Of a DNA stretch of 43,027 bases, positions 1-9,300 are shown in pieces. Under the pieces are notes generated by a model. It was given only the letters and a program-made list of their open reading frames with translations. It did not search any database and had not been told where the DNA came from. The stretch covers positions 1 to 43,027 of the IMG/VR virus record IMGVR_UViG_3300002461_000046, one strand, 5' to 3'. Each line of letters starts with the position of its first letter. Positions within the stretch are counted from its first letter, which is position 1. The position numbers and the translations under genes are program-made. Source of the stretch: a virus.

Positions 1-94
1 CACTTTCGCACTTGTCAGTGTGTTTTCTAATGTCAACTGCCTGTTAGATTTCTCAAACACAGTGAGTTATCCAGCAGCAGATGCTACTAAGTAC
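1..94. repeat. Terminal direct repeat, copy 1 (identical to 42934-43027)
   Basis: Read directly: nt 1-94 (cactttcgcacttgtcag...gctactaagtac) recur exactly at the 3' end of the window. Confidence 0.95.
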
Positions 95-262
95 GAGTCA
101 TCTTTCATGATTCCCGCTGATACTATTCTGACTCTTGCAATTCCTAGTCAGGGTGCAGCTAAGCTTGTAAATCTTTCAGCTCGAGTAACTGGCTTAGTGG
201 TTATGAATTGCTTGCAGAAGTGGGCTGGTATTGGTTTGCGTCGTCAACTGGAGAGAAGGTAA
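2..262 (+). CDS. 3' part of a junction-spanning ORF. Joined as 42794..43027 + 95..262 it encodes 133 aa. Unknown virion-module protein.
   Basis: The frame of tracked ORF 20..262 stays open back to nt 2 and matches the frame of the ATG at 42794. The peptide ...FSNVNCLLDFSNTVSYPAADATKY is found at both ends. Stop TAA at 260-262. Confidence 0.75.
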   Translation, partial: TFALVSVFSNVNCLLDFSNTVSYPAADATKYESSFMIPADTILTLAIPSQGAAKLVNLSARVTGLVVMNCLQKWAGIGLRRQLERR

Positions 263-266
263 CATT

Positions 267-3107
267 ATGACTTCCCAAAGCACTAAGTTTATTGACGTCA
301 CCCGTACGTTCATCCCTGTAGATCCTAACGCGTTCCCGGATTCTCTTCACGTTAAGGAGACTCCGGAAGAGCGCGTTCCTGTTATGGCTTACAGGGGCTA
401 TAACTTCCTGCCAACTGCCTACGGATATCGAAGCTTCTTCGGTCTCGGGCAAAGCCTAGGCATTGACGCTATTGCAGAACGAGTGGACCATGTCTTTATC
501 TTTCAGAACAACTCCTATGAGAACATTCTTATCGCACTCTGTGACAGCGGTATCTGGTACAAGGCTGCTGATGTAGCAGGTGCATGGGTGCAAGCTCTTG
601 TGCTTCCTGATTATCGGGAGTCTCAAGTCCATTACATGTGGACCTATTGCATTATCAATGATGCACTCTACTGCTATCGTCAGAATGGCCCTAGCTACCA
701 GAAGTTCGTATCCAGCGCTACAGCTCCTGGCTTCACGATGACTTCTGTGGTGCCGAACTTTCTTAATATGGCAGCTCAGCAGGGTATCTTTCGTGCAGGA
801 GCTCGCTTGGGTTTCTGGGATTCTGCTGACTCAACTGCTTGGTCTAATCTTGATGACTTCGCAGACTTCACTCCGTCTATTGAAACACTTGCCAACGCCA
901 CTACTTTCTCGTCTGTAGTAGGTCGTATCGTCACGATCAAGAGCCATGGTGAAGGCTTTATGATCTATGCAACTAAGAGTGCAGTCTACGTAGCTGAGCA
1001 GCCAGAGTCGTTGTTCCAATGGGACCCTACTCGTATTCTAGATGTGGCAGGAATTGCATACCCGCATGAGGTAGAGGCAGGTGTGCCTGATTCTGTTCAC
1101 TATGTCTACACTAACGTAGGCTTGTACCGTATCAAGAATGCTTCTCCTGAGGTCATTGTCCCTGAGGTTACTGACTACTTTAAGCTTTCTTCTGGCCCTA
1201 AGTATCTGAAGTTGCTTGAAGGTCGTTATCTTGCAGTGCAGACTCTTGACCCTAACTACATTAATGGCTTGCCGCAATTCTCAGACGAGGAGATTCCAGC
1301 TACTACGATCACCTTCCCAGGCGCTAACCTTAATCTGTTAGACGCTATTGAAGATGCTCAAACTGCTGGGGGTGGCGCATTCTGCCCTATCTTTAGTGGC
1401 CTAGGTAGTGGCGCCTTTTCCCAGCCAGTGGGCGAAGATCCTTCTGTTGTATGGCGCCCAATCTACACTGCTTATCTTAGCGGCACTGAGCTGATTAAAG
1501 ATACAGTTACATGGAAAACTACTCCTTGCAACGTTACTAACCTTGCCACTAGCTTGCCTTTTGGCATGACCCCTGATGCGCCTCCCTCAGAAGGAGAAGC
1601 TACGGGGGATGGCACTAAGAAGAAAGTAGTTACCGGGGCAGAAGCTTATGTAGATGGTAACTGGACTATTGAACGCTTTGTAGCAGCCCAGTCAGCTATT
1701 TGGAAAACCCAGGAATCTCAGCTTGCTTCAGTGCTTGGACAGATTCTCGGGCGTACTCATGTGTCTACTAAAACAGAAGAGTCTGGCTCAAACATTAATT
1801 TTGTGACTACTTCTAGCTGCGACATTGGGCGCTACGCACTTGCTTATAGTGGCTATCAGTTTGGGTTTAGTAAGTGTCAATTCTTCTTGCGTAGGTTTGT
1901 CACGGCAGTAGCTGACCTGAAAGTTAAGAAGACTGAGCGTTGCACTTCTGTGTTTGTGCCTGCTAATACTATCCCTAGGCCTATTCTTGGCTGGTTTATT
2001 GGAGTAGTGAACGTTTGCCCTGCTCATAATACTAATCCTGCTTGCACTGGGCCAGATTCTATTGTTGCAGCTAGCCCAGAAGCAGCTTATAATGCTTGCC
2101 CTACTCGTTGTACTACAGTAGGCCCAGGCACTTTTGCATTGTTTGCTAATGATGAATGGGGTCGCCCTTATCAGATGTTCTTCGGCGGTACCTATGGAGC
2201 TGATGCTTTTGTAAAACCAGGAGATTGCCCTCCAGGATACACTATCACAGGTACAAAACTCATGACCTGTAGCAAGGCTTCTTTCTATCAGAACAACTAC
2301 CAGAACACTGCTTACATTGATACCACTAACGTGCAGCTTCCTCCTATTCCAGACATTGGCTTCTGTAAGCTGACTGGTTGGAAGGACATTGTTTCAGGTA
2401 CTAAAATTGCAGCTGCTACTTGTGGTGCACCTACTGAGTTTGGTGAAAACGGAGAATCTGGACCACCGCCTGTATCAGATAAAGGATCAGTCTGCTCTCA
2501 GCCCTTCGAGCCTTTTATCATTCCGGGCACTCCTGCTGTGACTGTTAATTGGCCAGACCATAGTGTTACTATCCCAAGTGGTAGCTTCTTTTTGCAAGAT
2601 GGATCAGCAGCTCCGTTGTATCCTACATTCGAAGGTGCTTGGGTCTACGACATTCATCTTGAGAAATGGGGTGTTTATAAGGGAAGGCACAAGCAGTTAC
2701 TCGATTACTCGCCTATCAACAGCTACGGACCATCAAAGCAATCATACTCTAGGTTTGGTATTATGGGTGGCATCCTAGCAGAAGGCGGTAAGCTGTACCT
2801 ATTCGATTCTTTCCCAACAGACTCTAAGATCACGTACGGAAAGATAGGATACTACAGGCAAGGAACTACCACGGTACAGGAAGCTCATGTGAGTATGCGT
2901 ACACCATGTGATTGCTCTGTTACTGTAGAGACTTCTCTATATGGTAAGAACCTGACCGCAGGGCTTACAAAGACCATGTACTATGTCGCAGAGACTAGCA
3001 TGGCATTCTACGGCGGATATGCTGGCAGGTGGCACAATATTACGATCGAAGGTCGTTTTGATATTAGCTACCTAGAATTTCGTGGCATCGTTTCAGGAAA
3101 GAGGTAA
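267..3107 (+). CDS. Large tail structural protein, 946 aa (nozzle / tail-tube-B position), with a Cys-rich central insert
   Basis: Long ORF. ATG 267 is preceded by GGAGAGAAGG. It lies between the lysis genes and the internal-virion candidates. No enzyme motif recognised, so the function is positional. Confidence 0.55.
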   Translation: MTSQSTKFIDVTRTFIPVDPNAFPDSLHVKETPEERVPVMAYRGYNFLPTAYGYRSFFGLGQSLGIDAIAERVDHVFIFQNNSYENILIALCDSGIWYKAADVAGAWVQALVLPDYRESQVHYMWTYCIINDALYCYRQNGPSYQKFVSSATAPGFTMTSVVPNFLNMAAQQGIFRAGARLGFWDSADSTAWSNLDDFADFTPSIETLANATTFSSVVGRIVTIKSHGEGFMIYATKSAVYVAEQPESLFQWDPTRILDVAGIAYPHEVEAGVPDSVHYVYTNVGLYRIKNASPEVIVPEVTDYFKLSSGPKYLKLLEGRYLAVQTLDPNYINGLPQFSDEEIPATTITFPGANLNLLDAIEDAQTAGGGAFCPIFSGLGSGAFSQPVGEDPSVVWRPIYTAYLSGTELIKDTVTWKTTPCNVTNLATSLPFGMTPDAPPSEGEATGDGTKKKVVTGAEAYVDGNWTIERFVAAQSAIWKTQESQLASVLGQILGRTHVSTKTEESGSNINFVTTSSCDIGRYALAYSGYQFGFSKCQFFLRRFVTAVADLKVKKTERCTSVFVPANTIPRPILGWFIGVVNVCPAHNTNPACTGPDSIVAASPEAAYNACPTRCTTVGPGTFALFANDEWGRPYQMFFGGTYGADAFVKPGDCPPGYTITGTKLMTCSKASFYQNNYQNTAYIDTTNVQLPPIPDIGFCKLTGWKDIVSGTKIAAATCGAPTEFGENGESGPPPVSDKGSVCSQPFEPFIIPGTPAVTVNWPDHSVTIPSGSFFLQDGSAAPLYPTFEGAWVYDIHLEKWGVYKGRHKQLLDYSPINSYGPSKQSYSRFGIMGGILAEGGKLYLFDSFPTDSKITYGKIGYYRQGTTTVQEAHVSMRTPCDCSVTVETSLYGKNLTAGLTKTMYYVAETSMAFYGGYAGRWHNITIEGRFDISYLEFRGIVSGKR

Positions 3108-3111
3108 CATT

Positions 3112-3882
3112 ATGGCTACTCGTACTACTACTCAGGGCAATCAGCAATCCACTGACGCTCTGAGTATTCTTCTTCAGCAGCTTATGGCTGGAGGTACTCA
3201 GGGTATGCAGGCACGGGAAGCTGCTATTGGTGGAGAGATTAACGCCAACACCGCTCTTCGTGCTCGCTATAGTCCAGAAGCCGCTCTTGCAGATGCTCAG
3301 GGTCTTATTGCTCAGCAGCTTCGCCAAGCTATGGAAAAGAGCTTGCCTAGCATTACTCGGGCAGCTGAAGGAGCAGGAGCTTCCGGAAATGCGCTGAGAG
3401 CTCTGCTCACGCAGGATGCTCTTGCTAAAGCCGCAGAATCTTCTTCGGCACTGGGAGTTCAAGCAGTGCAAGGTTATGGTGGGGTTGCAGCTAACCTTAG
3501 CCAGATCCTTGCAAGTCTTGTACAGTCGCGCGATCCTGGGACTGAGGAACTTCTCAAAACCATTCAGCTGATGCAAGAAGCTAACCGAGAAGAGACTGTG
3601 GATGGTGGAGCTTCTGGAGGTGGCGGCGTAGGTCGTCCCACTGGTGGCGGAGGTCGTACGGATTCTGTGCTGGGTATGCCTTCTACGGACAATTTCTTCT
3701 ACCGTCCGGGCGGTGTCCTTAGCAACGCTAACCTGGCTCGTACTACTGCACCTACTGCATTCGGCCCTGCTCGTACAGATGAAGCTATTGCACAAACCAT
3801 TATCAAAGGCCTTGGTCCTAGCCAGAGCTTTAATGATGTGCAAGGCGTGAATAACCTGTACCGCAGCGGCTTTTCTTTCTAA
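3112..3882 (+). CDS. Internal virion / ejection protein candidate, 256 aa, Ala/Gly-rich
   Basis: ATG 3112 follows AGAGG and the TAA of the upstream gene. Low-complexity A/G/Q composition with a GGGGVGRPTGGGG tract. Position downstream of the large tail protein. Confidence 0.5.
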   Translation: MATRTTTQGNQQSTDALSILLQQLMAGGTQGMQAREAAIGGEINANTALRARYSPEAALADAQGLIAQQLRQAMEKSLPSITRAAEGAGASGNALRALLTQDALAKAAESSSALGVQAVQGYGGVAANLSQILASLVQSRDPGTEELLKTIQLMQEANREETVDGGASGGGGVGRPTGGGGRTDSVLGMPSTDNFFYRPGGVLSNANLARTTAPTAFGPARTDEAIAQTIIKGLGPSQSFNDVQGVNNLYRSGFSF

Positions 3883-3891
3883 GGAAAGATC

Positions 3892-4245
3892 ATGGAACAG
3901 ACCAAGAATCTTGGTACAGCGGACGGGATTGCAGAAGCTCTGCTTTCCTTGTCCGGTTCTGACTTAGCTCAGATTCCGCACTCTCTTCTTTATAACGCAC
4001 GTTATAGAGTTCCCAAAGAGCAGCAGAATCTGATCAGCCCGTACGAGCATAGGGCTTTTGCTAGAGAAGCAACTCTAGAGAATCCTATGATGGCTCTGCC
4101 TATTGCAGCATCTGTAATCCCCTATCAGATATACAAAGCTGTTGATGGCAGTAGCCGCTCTACTCCTTCTATTGACCAAGTTCTCCAAGGCTTCATGGGA
4201 GTAGGAGAAGGTCTAGTAGGTGCAGTTAAAAACACAATGCGTTAA
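3892..4245 (+). CDS. Hypothetical virion-module protein, 117 aa
   Basis: ORF with AAGGAAAG RBS, tightly packed in the late operon. Confidence 0.65.
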   Translation: MEQTKNLGTADGIAEALLSLSGSDLAQIPHSLLYNARYRVPKEQQNLISPYEHRAFAREATLENPMMALPIAASVIPYQIYKAVDGSSRSTPSIDQVLQGFMGVGEGLVGAVKNTMR

Positions 4246-4254
4246 GGAACTAAC

Positions 4255-6297
4255 ATGGCAGATATTACACAACTTCTTGCACAGGCACGTAATCCTCAGG
4301 AGGTTGCGTTGCTTCTGTCAGCAATGGGCCAGACTGGATCAATGGCTTCTCCTACAGCAGTGCAGACTGATCCTATGAATTTGAGTTCTGCGCGAGAGGC
4401 GGAGCTTCTTCTCTCCTCGCTGGGACAAACTAATCGTGGTCAGATGGCTCCTGTAGCTACTGATCCGCTTTTCCGCGCGTCTGGAGAATTCTTTCAGACT
4501 GATATTGGAAACATTAACTCAGAATCCGCTGCACGTGCTCTGCTGAATAGTATGGGCCAAACTGGCGCTATGGCTGAGAAAGTGCCTATGAGTCCTTCTA
4601 CCAGTGCAGGATTCGCAGGAACCTCTGGTGGTGAAGGTGGGGATTATAAGACTCCACTTAGTGCAGAAGATCGCATGTTCATTGATGCTTCTTATGCAGG
4701 TCTACAAGCTGATGTAGATCGTCTACTAGAGAACCCTGAAGCTCGTAAGAAGATTCTTGGCGACGATGGTATGCGGGACATTCCACGTACTGGCAAAGCT
4801 GATACTCGTGGCGGAGTTAATCGTGTCAATCAGTATACTTCTGAGCATGGAGTTACTGCTACGCGGGATCCAGAGACTGGCCAGGTCATGCTGACTAATA
4901 TCGGCGCTGACGGAAAGCCTACGCCTCAAAGCCAGAAGCAGGTCTATGGCTTCAATCCTATGAATGCTACCGGCTCAGCTGCCTTGGATAGCATCTACGA
5001 GCAGATTAAGAACGCTAAGAACTCTGATGAGGCTCGTGGCATTGCTGCGGCTGCTAGGACTTCGCTGGCTGAAGAAGGTGCGCGCATTGAATCTCAGGCT
5101 CTTACCTTTGCTGCTAACAAGGTAGGTATTCCTGCACTCCGTGAGCGCCTTAAAGCCTCGGAAACCATTGATATGTCTCAGCCCGGTTATATGCCAGGCA
5201 TTGGAGACTCTAAGAACACTGCTGCTATTCGTAATGAAGTAGCTCAAGCAGAGGCTCAGGCACGTCAGATCGCAGAGGACTGGAAGAAGTCTAACTTGTC
5301 AGCTGCTCGACTTGCTAGCACTGCTTCCAACATTGAAGCTGAGCTTAAGCGCATTGACTTGATAGAGCGTAAGAAGGAAGGTCTGGAAGCTACTACTCAG
5401 GCTCAGCAGGAACGTAAGCAGATCGAACGTGATGCTATTGCTCAGGAGCGCTACGATAGTTTCTCGGCTGAGCAGAAGATGATTATGTCTCGGCTGAATC
5501 CTGAGCTTGCAGCTAAGCCTGATAACCAAGGTGAGATGGTAGCTTACTTCCAACGCCAGATGACCAGTGATCCAGCATTCCGTGAGCTGATCCAGTCTGA
5601 TCCTGCTGACATCATTAAGCTGGCAGCTCGTGGCAATAAGCTGGCTCGTGCTCTCACTGTGCAAGAAGAGGCAGTAGCTACTGGCCGGCCACCTGATGTG
5701 ATTGACCAAGAAATCCGGTCTATGCAACAGCTTGCTAATGATCCAAATGCTATCAATGCATGGGCTATGGCTTCTACTGCTAGCATTATTGGTGACAAAG
5801 TAGCTGCTCGTAAGGCTGCCATCGGGCGCTACAATGCATTGGCTTCTGGTACTACTAAAGAAGAAAAAGCTCAGTACGAAAGCTTGCGTGGTGAGATTGC
5901 TCTTACTGCATTCAAGGCAAATAAGACTGCTAAGTTTGTGTCTGATGTTAGCACCTGGAATTCTACTGACCCTGAAGTGCAAGCAGCTACTGAGGTTGCT
6001 CTTACTACTTCAGGTAAGACGGATCTTGATTCTGTGCTGACAGCTTATGTAGGCGCTACTACTGGCCCTGAGGCACTGGCTAAGTATGCGGCCTTTAAAG
6101 AGTCTGTGCGTCAAGCAGCTCAGCAGCAGTCTAAGAGTGTGTTCGGTGGCGTGGACTCTGCTTCTATTCTCTCGCGCATTGACACTGCTGCTAAAGAAAA
6201 AGGCCAGCTTGCTGAGTGGTATAAACAACGCTGGGGCTGGACAGAAGATATCTCTCGCACAGTAGTGACTAACATTGCTGATCTGCTCGGTAACTAA
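4255..6297 (+). CDS. Internal virion protein candidate, 680 aa, with three N-terminal LLxSxGQT repeats and a long charged helical region
   Basis: ORF with AAGGAA RBS. Repeats are visible in the translation. Position upstream of the giant ORF. Confidence 0.5.
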   Translation: MADITQLLAQARNPQEVALLLSAMGQTGSMASPTAVQTDPMNLSSAREAELLLSSLGQTNRGQMAPVATDPLFRASGEFFQTDIGNINSESAARALLNSMGQTGAMAEKVPMSPSTSAGFAGTSGGEGGDYKTPLSAEDRMFIDASYAGLQADVDRLLENPEARKKILGDDGMRDIPRTGKADTRGGVNRVNQYTSEHGVTATRDPETGQVMLTNIGADGKPTPQSQKQVYGFNPMNATGSAALDSIYEQIKNAKNSDEARGIAAAARTSLAEEGARIESQALTFAANKVGIPALRERLKASETIDMSQPGYMPGIGDSKNTAAIRNEVAQAEAQARQIAEDWKKSNLSAARLASTASNIEAELKRIDLIERKKEGLEATTQAQQERKQIERDAIAQERYDSFSAEQKMIMSRLNPELAAKPDNQGEMVAYFQRQMTSDPAFRELIQSDPADIIKLAARGNKLARALTVQEEAVATGRPPDVIDQEIRSMQQLANDPNAINAWAMASTASIIGDKVAARKAAIGRYNALASGTTKEEKAQYESLRGEIALTAFKANKTAKFVSDVSTWNSTDPEVQAATEVALTTSGKTDLDSVLTAYVGATTGPEALAKYAAFKESVRQAAQQQSKSVFGGVDSASILSRIDTAAKEKGQLAEWYKQRWGWTEDISRTVVTNIADLLGN

Positions 6298-6309
6298 AGA
6301 AAGAGAACT

Positions 6310-9300
6310 ATGGACATCCTATTCCCTCGGGAAGAGAGCTTTGATACTGAGATCAACTCTGGTCTCATTAGCAATACTTCTGACTCGCAGACTAACATTC
6401 TACAATCACTGACTGGTGGTATTACTGCAACCGCAGTAGACATTGGTGCCTCTATTTGGAACAGTCTCCCAGGTACTGATGAAGTGCAGACAGAGGATCT
6501 TCTTGGCCGTATTAGTGGTGATGCACTCCGTATCTACCAAGAGAATCCTGATACGATCAAGACAGCTTCTCTTATTGGTGGCGCCATTCTTCCCGGTGGC
6601 TTGGCTGTCAAAGGTATGCAAGCTATGCGTAATGGCTCTAAGGCCGTTAACTGGTTTACTACTGCCGGTAAGAAGCGTGATGTGGCTGCCGCAGCTGAGC
6701 TGTTTGCTAATGGAGCTAAAGACTCTACTAAATACAAGCAGCTTATCTGGGGTATGCGCGGCAAGACCGTAGCTAATCAAACTGCTGATGCAGTAGCTGC
6801 TGAATTGGCCATCTTGGGTACCATGAATGCTCATAGCTACATGGAAGATTACATGGATGATGGCCTTTCTAACTTTGCCTTGAGCGTGGCTCTTGGCGGA
6901 GGTATTGGCTCGACCTTTGGTCTGATCTCTGATGCATATCAGCTCAGAAAAGCCACTAGCGCAGTGGAAGCTTCTACGTTTGAGACTATTCTCGGCGCAG
7001 TCAAGCCAGTTGGCCCTGCTATGCCAGAAGCTACGAAGGTACAGACTCTTGGCTTGAACGTCAAGAATCTTAACAACATTATCGAAGGTCGTAAGGCCGC
7101 TGGTAAGACTGAGTTCGATGATCTTACCTATGGCTATGCTCTCAAGACTCAGCGTGAGATGCAGAAAGAGCAGCTTGAGATCTTCGATGCCATGCTTGAT
7201 TCTGAATTGAAAGGCTTGGATCAGGCTGCTAAGCTGCGTCTAATGGATACAGTTAATAGTGGCGAAGGGTTCTGGGGAGTAGAGAAGATCAAGAGTATCA
7301 CTGCTCCTGAACTTATGTCTATGGGCAAGATGAATAACTTGCTGATGAACGAGCCTGTGCTTAAGGCCACTAATAGACTGGGCGACAAGGAATCAGTAGA
7401 GAGTGTGTTCTTTCCTGAGACTGGACAGTTCGGTACTAAGAAAGATGTGCAGCACTATGGTGGCATGTCTGCTCTTAATCTAACTGAAAAGGATCTTATT
7501 AAATCACTGCCTAAGAACAGCAGTGTGCCTAACTTCGAGTATTCATTTGAAGCTTTGGCCAAGTCTACTCCAGCAGTAGAAGCAGAATATGCTGCATGGA
7601 TTACCAAGTTCTCAAAGCTTGATGACGATGCCATGCAGGAGTATCTGGCTAAAAGCCTTGTTAGCGCCAGTGACATTCCTCAGGTCCAGGCTTTGGCTGC
7701 TAGGATTAACCAGTCTGATGTACTTCGCAATACTGCTAAGGTCAAGATCGCTGATCGTGCGCAGCAGGCAGAGGCTATTATTGACGAAGTTAATATTCAA
7801 CGCACACTCGGCGGCACTCCTGTCAAGTATCAGGAAGCTGCTGAGCGCCTGTTGAACAACTCTACTGTTAGCAGTAAATATGACATTATGCAGACTCGCG
7901 GTCAGGGTACTGCTCATGATATGCTTCGCTCTTGGAAAGCAGGCTCAGGTGTGCTTGCTATGCACAAGGCAGCTGTGGCTTACTTTGCGCGTGGATATGC
8001 TAAGAATGCACGTAACACTGATGACATGGCATTGGCTGAGAAGTTCGCAGAAGTCTATGAGAGTGCTGAGTCTATTCAGCTTCGCAAGGATCTTCTGTCT
8101 ACTTTGGCAGATGCTGATGGTAAGATCTATGCTTATCGTGGCGTCAATGCTCCTAAGATCTTCGGCCAGAATCCGGTCGAGTCTATGGCAGTGACCGTAG
8201 GTAAGGCAGGTCAGTTCACTGGAGCTAGTGGCAAGACTATGCTTTATAAGATTGACGTAGATGATGTGGTCGCAGCTATCAAAGATATTGGGCCATCAGG
8301 AGATAACATAGAACTTCTTGTCCGTGCATCGGCTCGTGAAGCTGAGGCTGTCCTGTCTACAGATGGTCGTATTGCGTTCCGCAAGCAGATGGAGAATTCG
8401 CTTAAGAAACCTGCTGTTGCTTATGAAGCCCGGCTGGGTGATCTCAATGATTATCTATCTGAGAACAAGTTCTCTCTTGTCACTTCGCTTATCGCTAAGG
8501 GCTATCCGCCTGCTGTGATCGCTAAGCGGGCTAATATGCCTGAAACATCTGTAAATCAGTTTATTGCTTCTGCACGTGACTTGGATGCTTTTGAAGCTCT
8601 GCCAGACATTAACACGTTCAAGAAGCTTGAGGATGTGGAAGCTGCTAATGCTGTGACCAATCGCCCTCTGCAACTGTCCGGGAATTTGAAGAAAGAAGTC
8701 TATACTAAGGGTGCAGCTAACCTGAATGCCCGTACTCTTACTAACATCGATGGAGCTTTCAAGTCCATGACTATGATGAACTCAGCTTCGGCTGCTGTTC
8801 GCAAGCTTGGACAATTCTTCTTTAGTGATATGAAAGAAGGACTTGATGTAGCACGAATGAACCTTGCTAAGATTACCAACGAATCGGCTGGTAATCGCTT
8901 CATCACGTCTGCTGATCAGGCAGCTCGTAATATGGGAGAACTGGGTCCTATCTTCTCGATGGTAGGTAAGCAGATTCAGAACATTGCTAACGAGGTGGAG
9001 ACTGCTACTCTGAAGCCTATCAGCGAATTCATGTCCACTGTGTCTAAGGATGTGGCTTCTCTGACAGAATACTCTGTGGCTCATAACCTGAATGCAGGTC
9101 TGAGCGGCTGGAGAATTTATAAGGACAAGCAGTTTTGGCAAAAGGTTGAGAAGCTGGGAGAAGATGGTAAGCCGGTAACTGTACTGGAACCGGTAACTTA
9201 TAATGGCAAACCATTCACTGTTGTCACGGAAGGGACGGATCAGCTTCTTACGCAAATGCAGAATGCGTCTAAAGAGTTGTATGAACTCTCATCTGTATCT

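Noticed and set aside
257-3114. An identical 13-nt gene junction, AGGTAACATTATG, occurs at 257-269 and 3102-3114.
   Set aside because: It comprises a purine-rich RBS, a TAA stop and the next ATG, so it is a repeated stop-restart translational coupling context. It is too short to indicate recombination or a mobile element.
3064-3843. Long antisense ORFs overlapping real genes. Examples: 3064..3843 (-), 5299..5982 (-), 6406..6834 (-), 8782..9255 (-), 30963..31460 (-), 32626..33126 (-), 37781..38860 (-), and plus-strand ORFs inside the minus arm such as 12466..12942 and 28197..28679.
   Set aside because: They lie fully inside longer ORFs that have RBSs, operon context and recognisable motifs. 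Their translations are low-complexity (Ser/Leu/Arg/Cys-rich), as expected for shadow frames. No independent start signals were seen.
8050-8400. Possible ADP-ribosyltransferase-like R-S-E pattern in the giant virion protein (IYAYRGV ... FTGASG ... DNIELLV; Arg610 to Glu668).
   Set aside because: It is a motif-level resemblance only. The middle STS-type element and the (Q/E)xE element are both degenerate. It cannot be supported without profile or structure comparison, though HHpred or Foldseek on residues about 560-720 would be worth a quick look.
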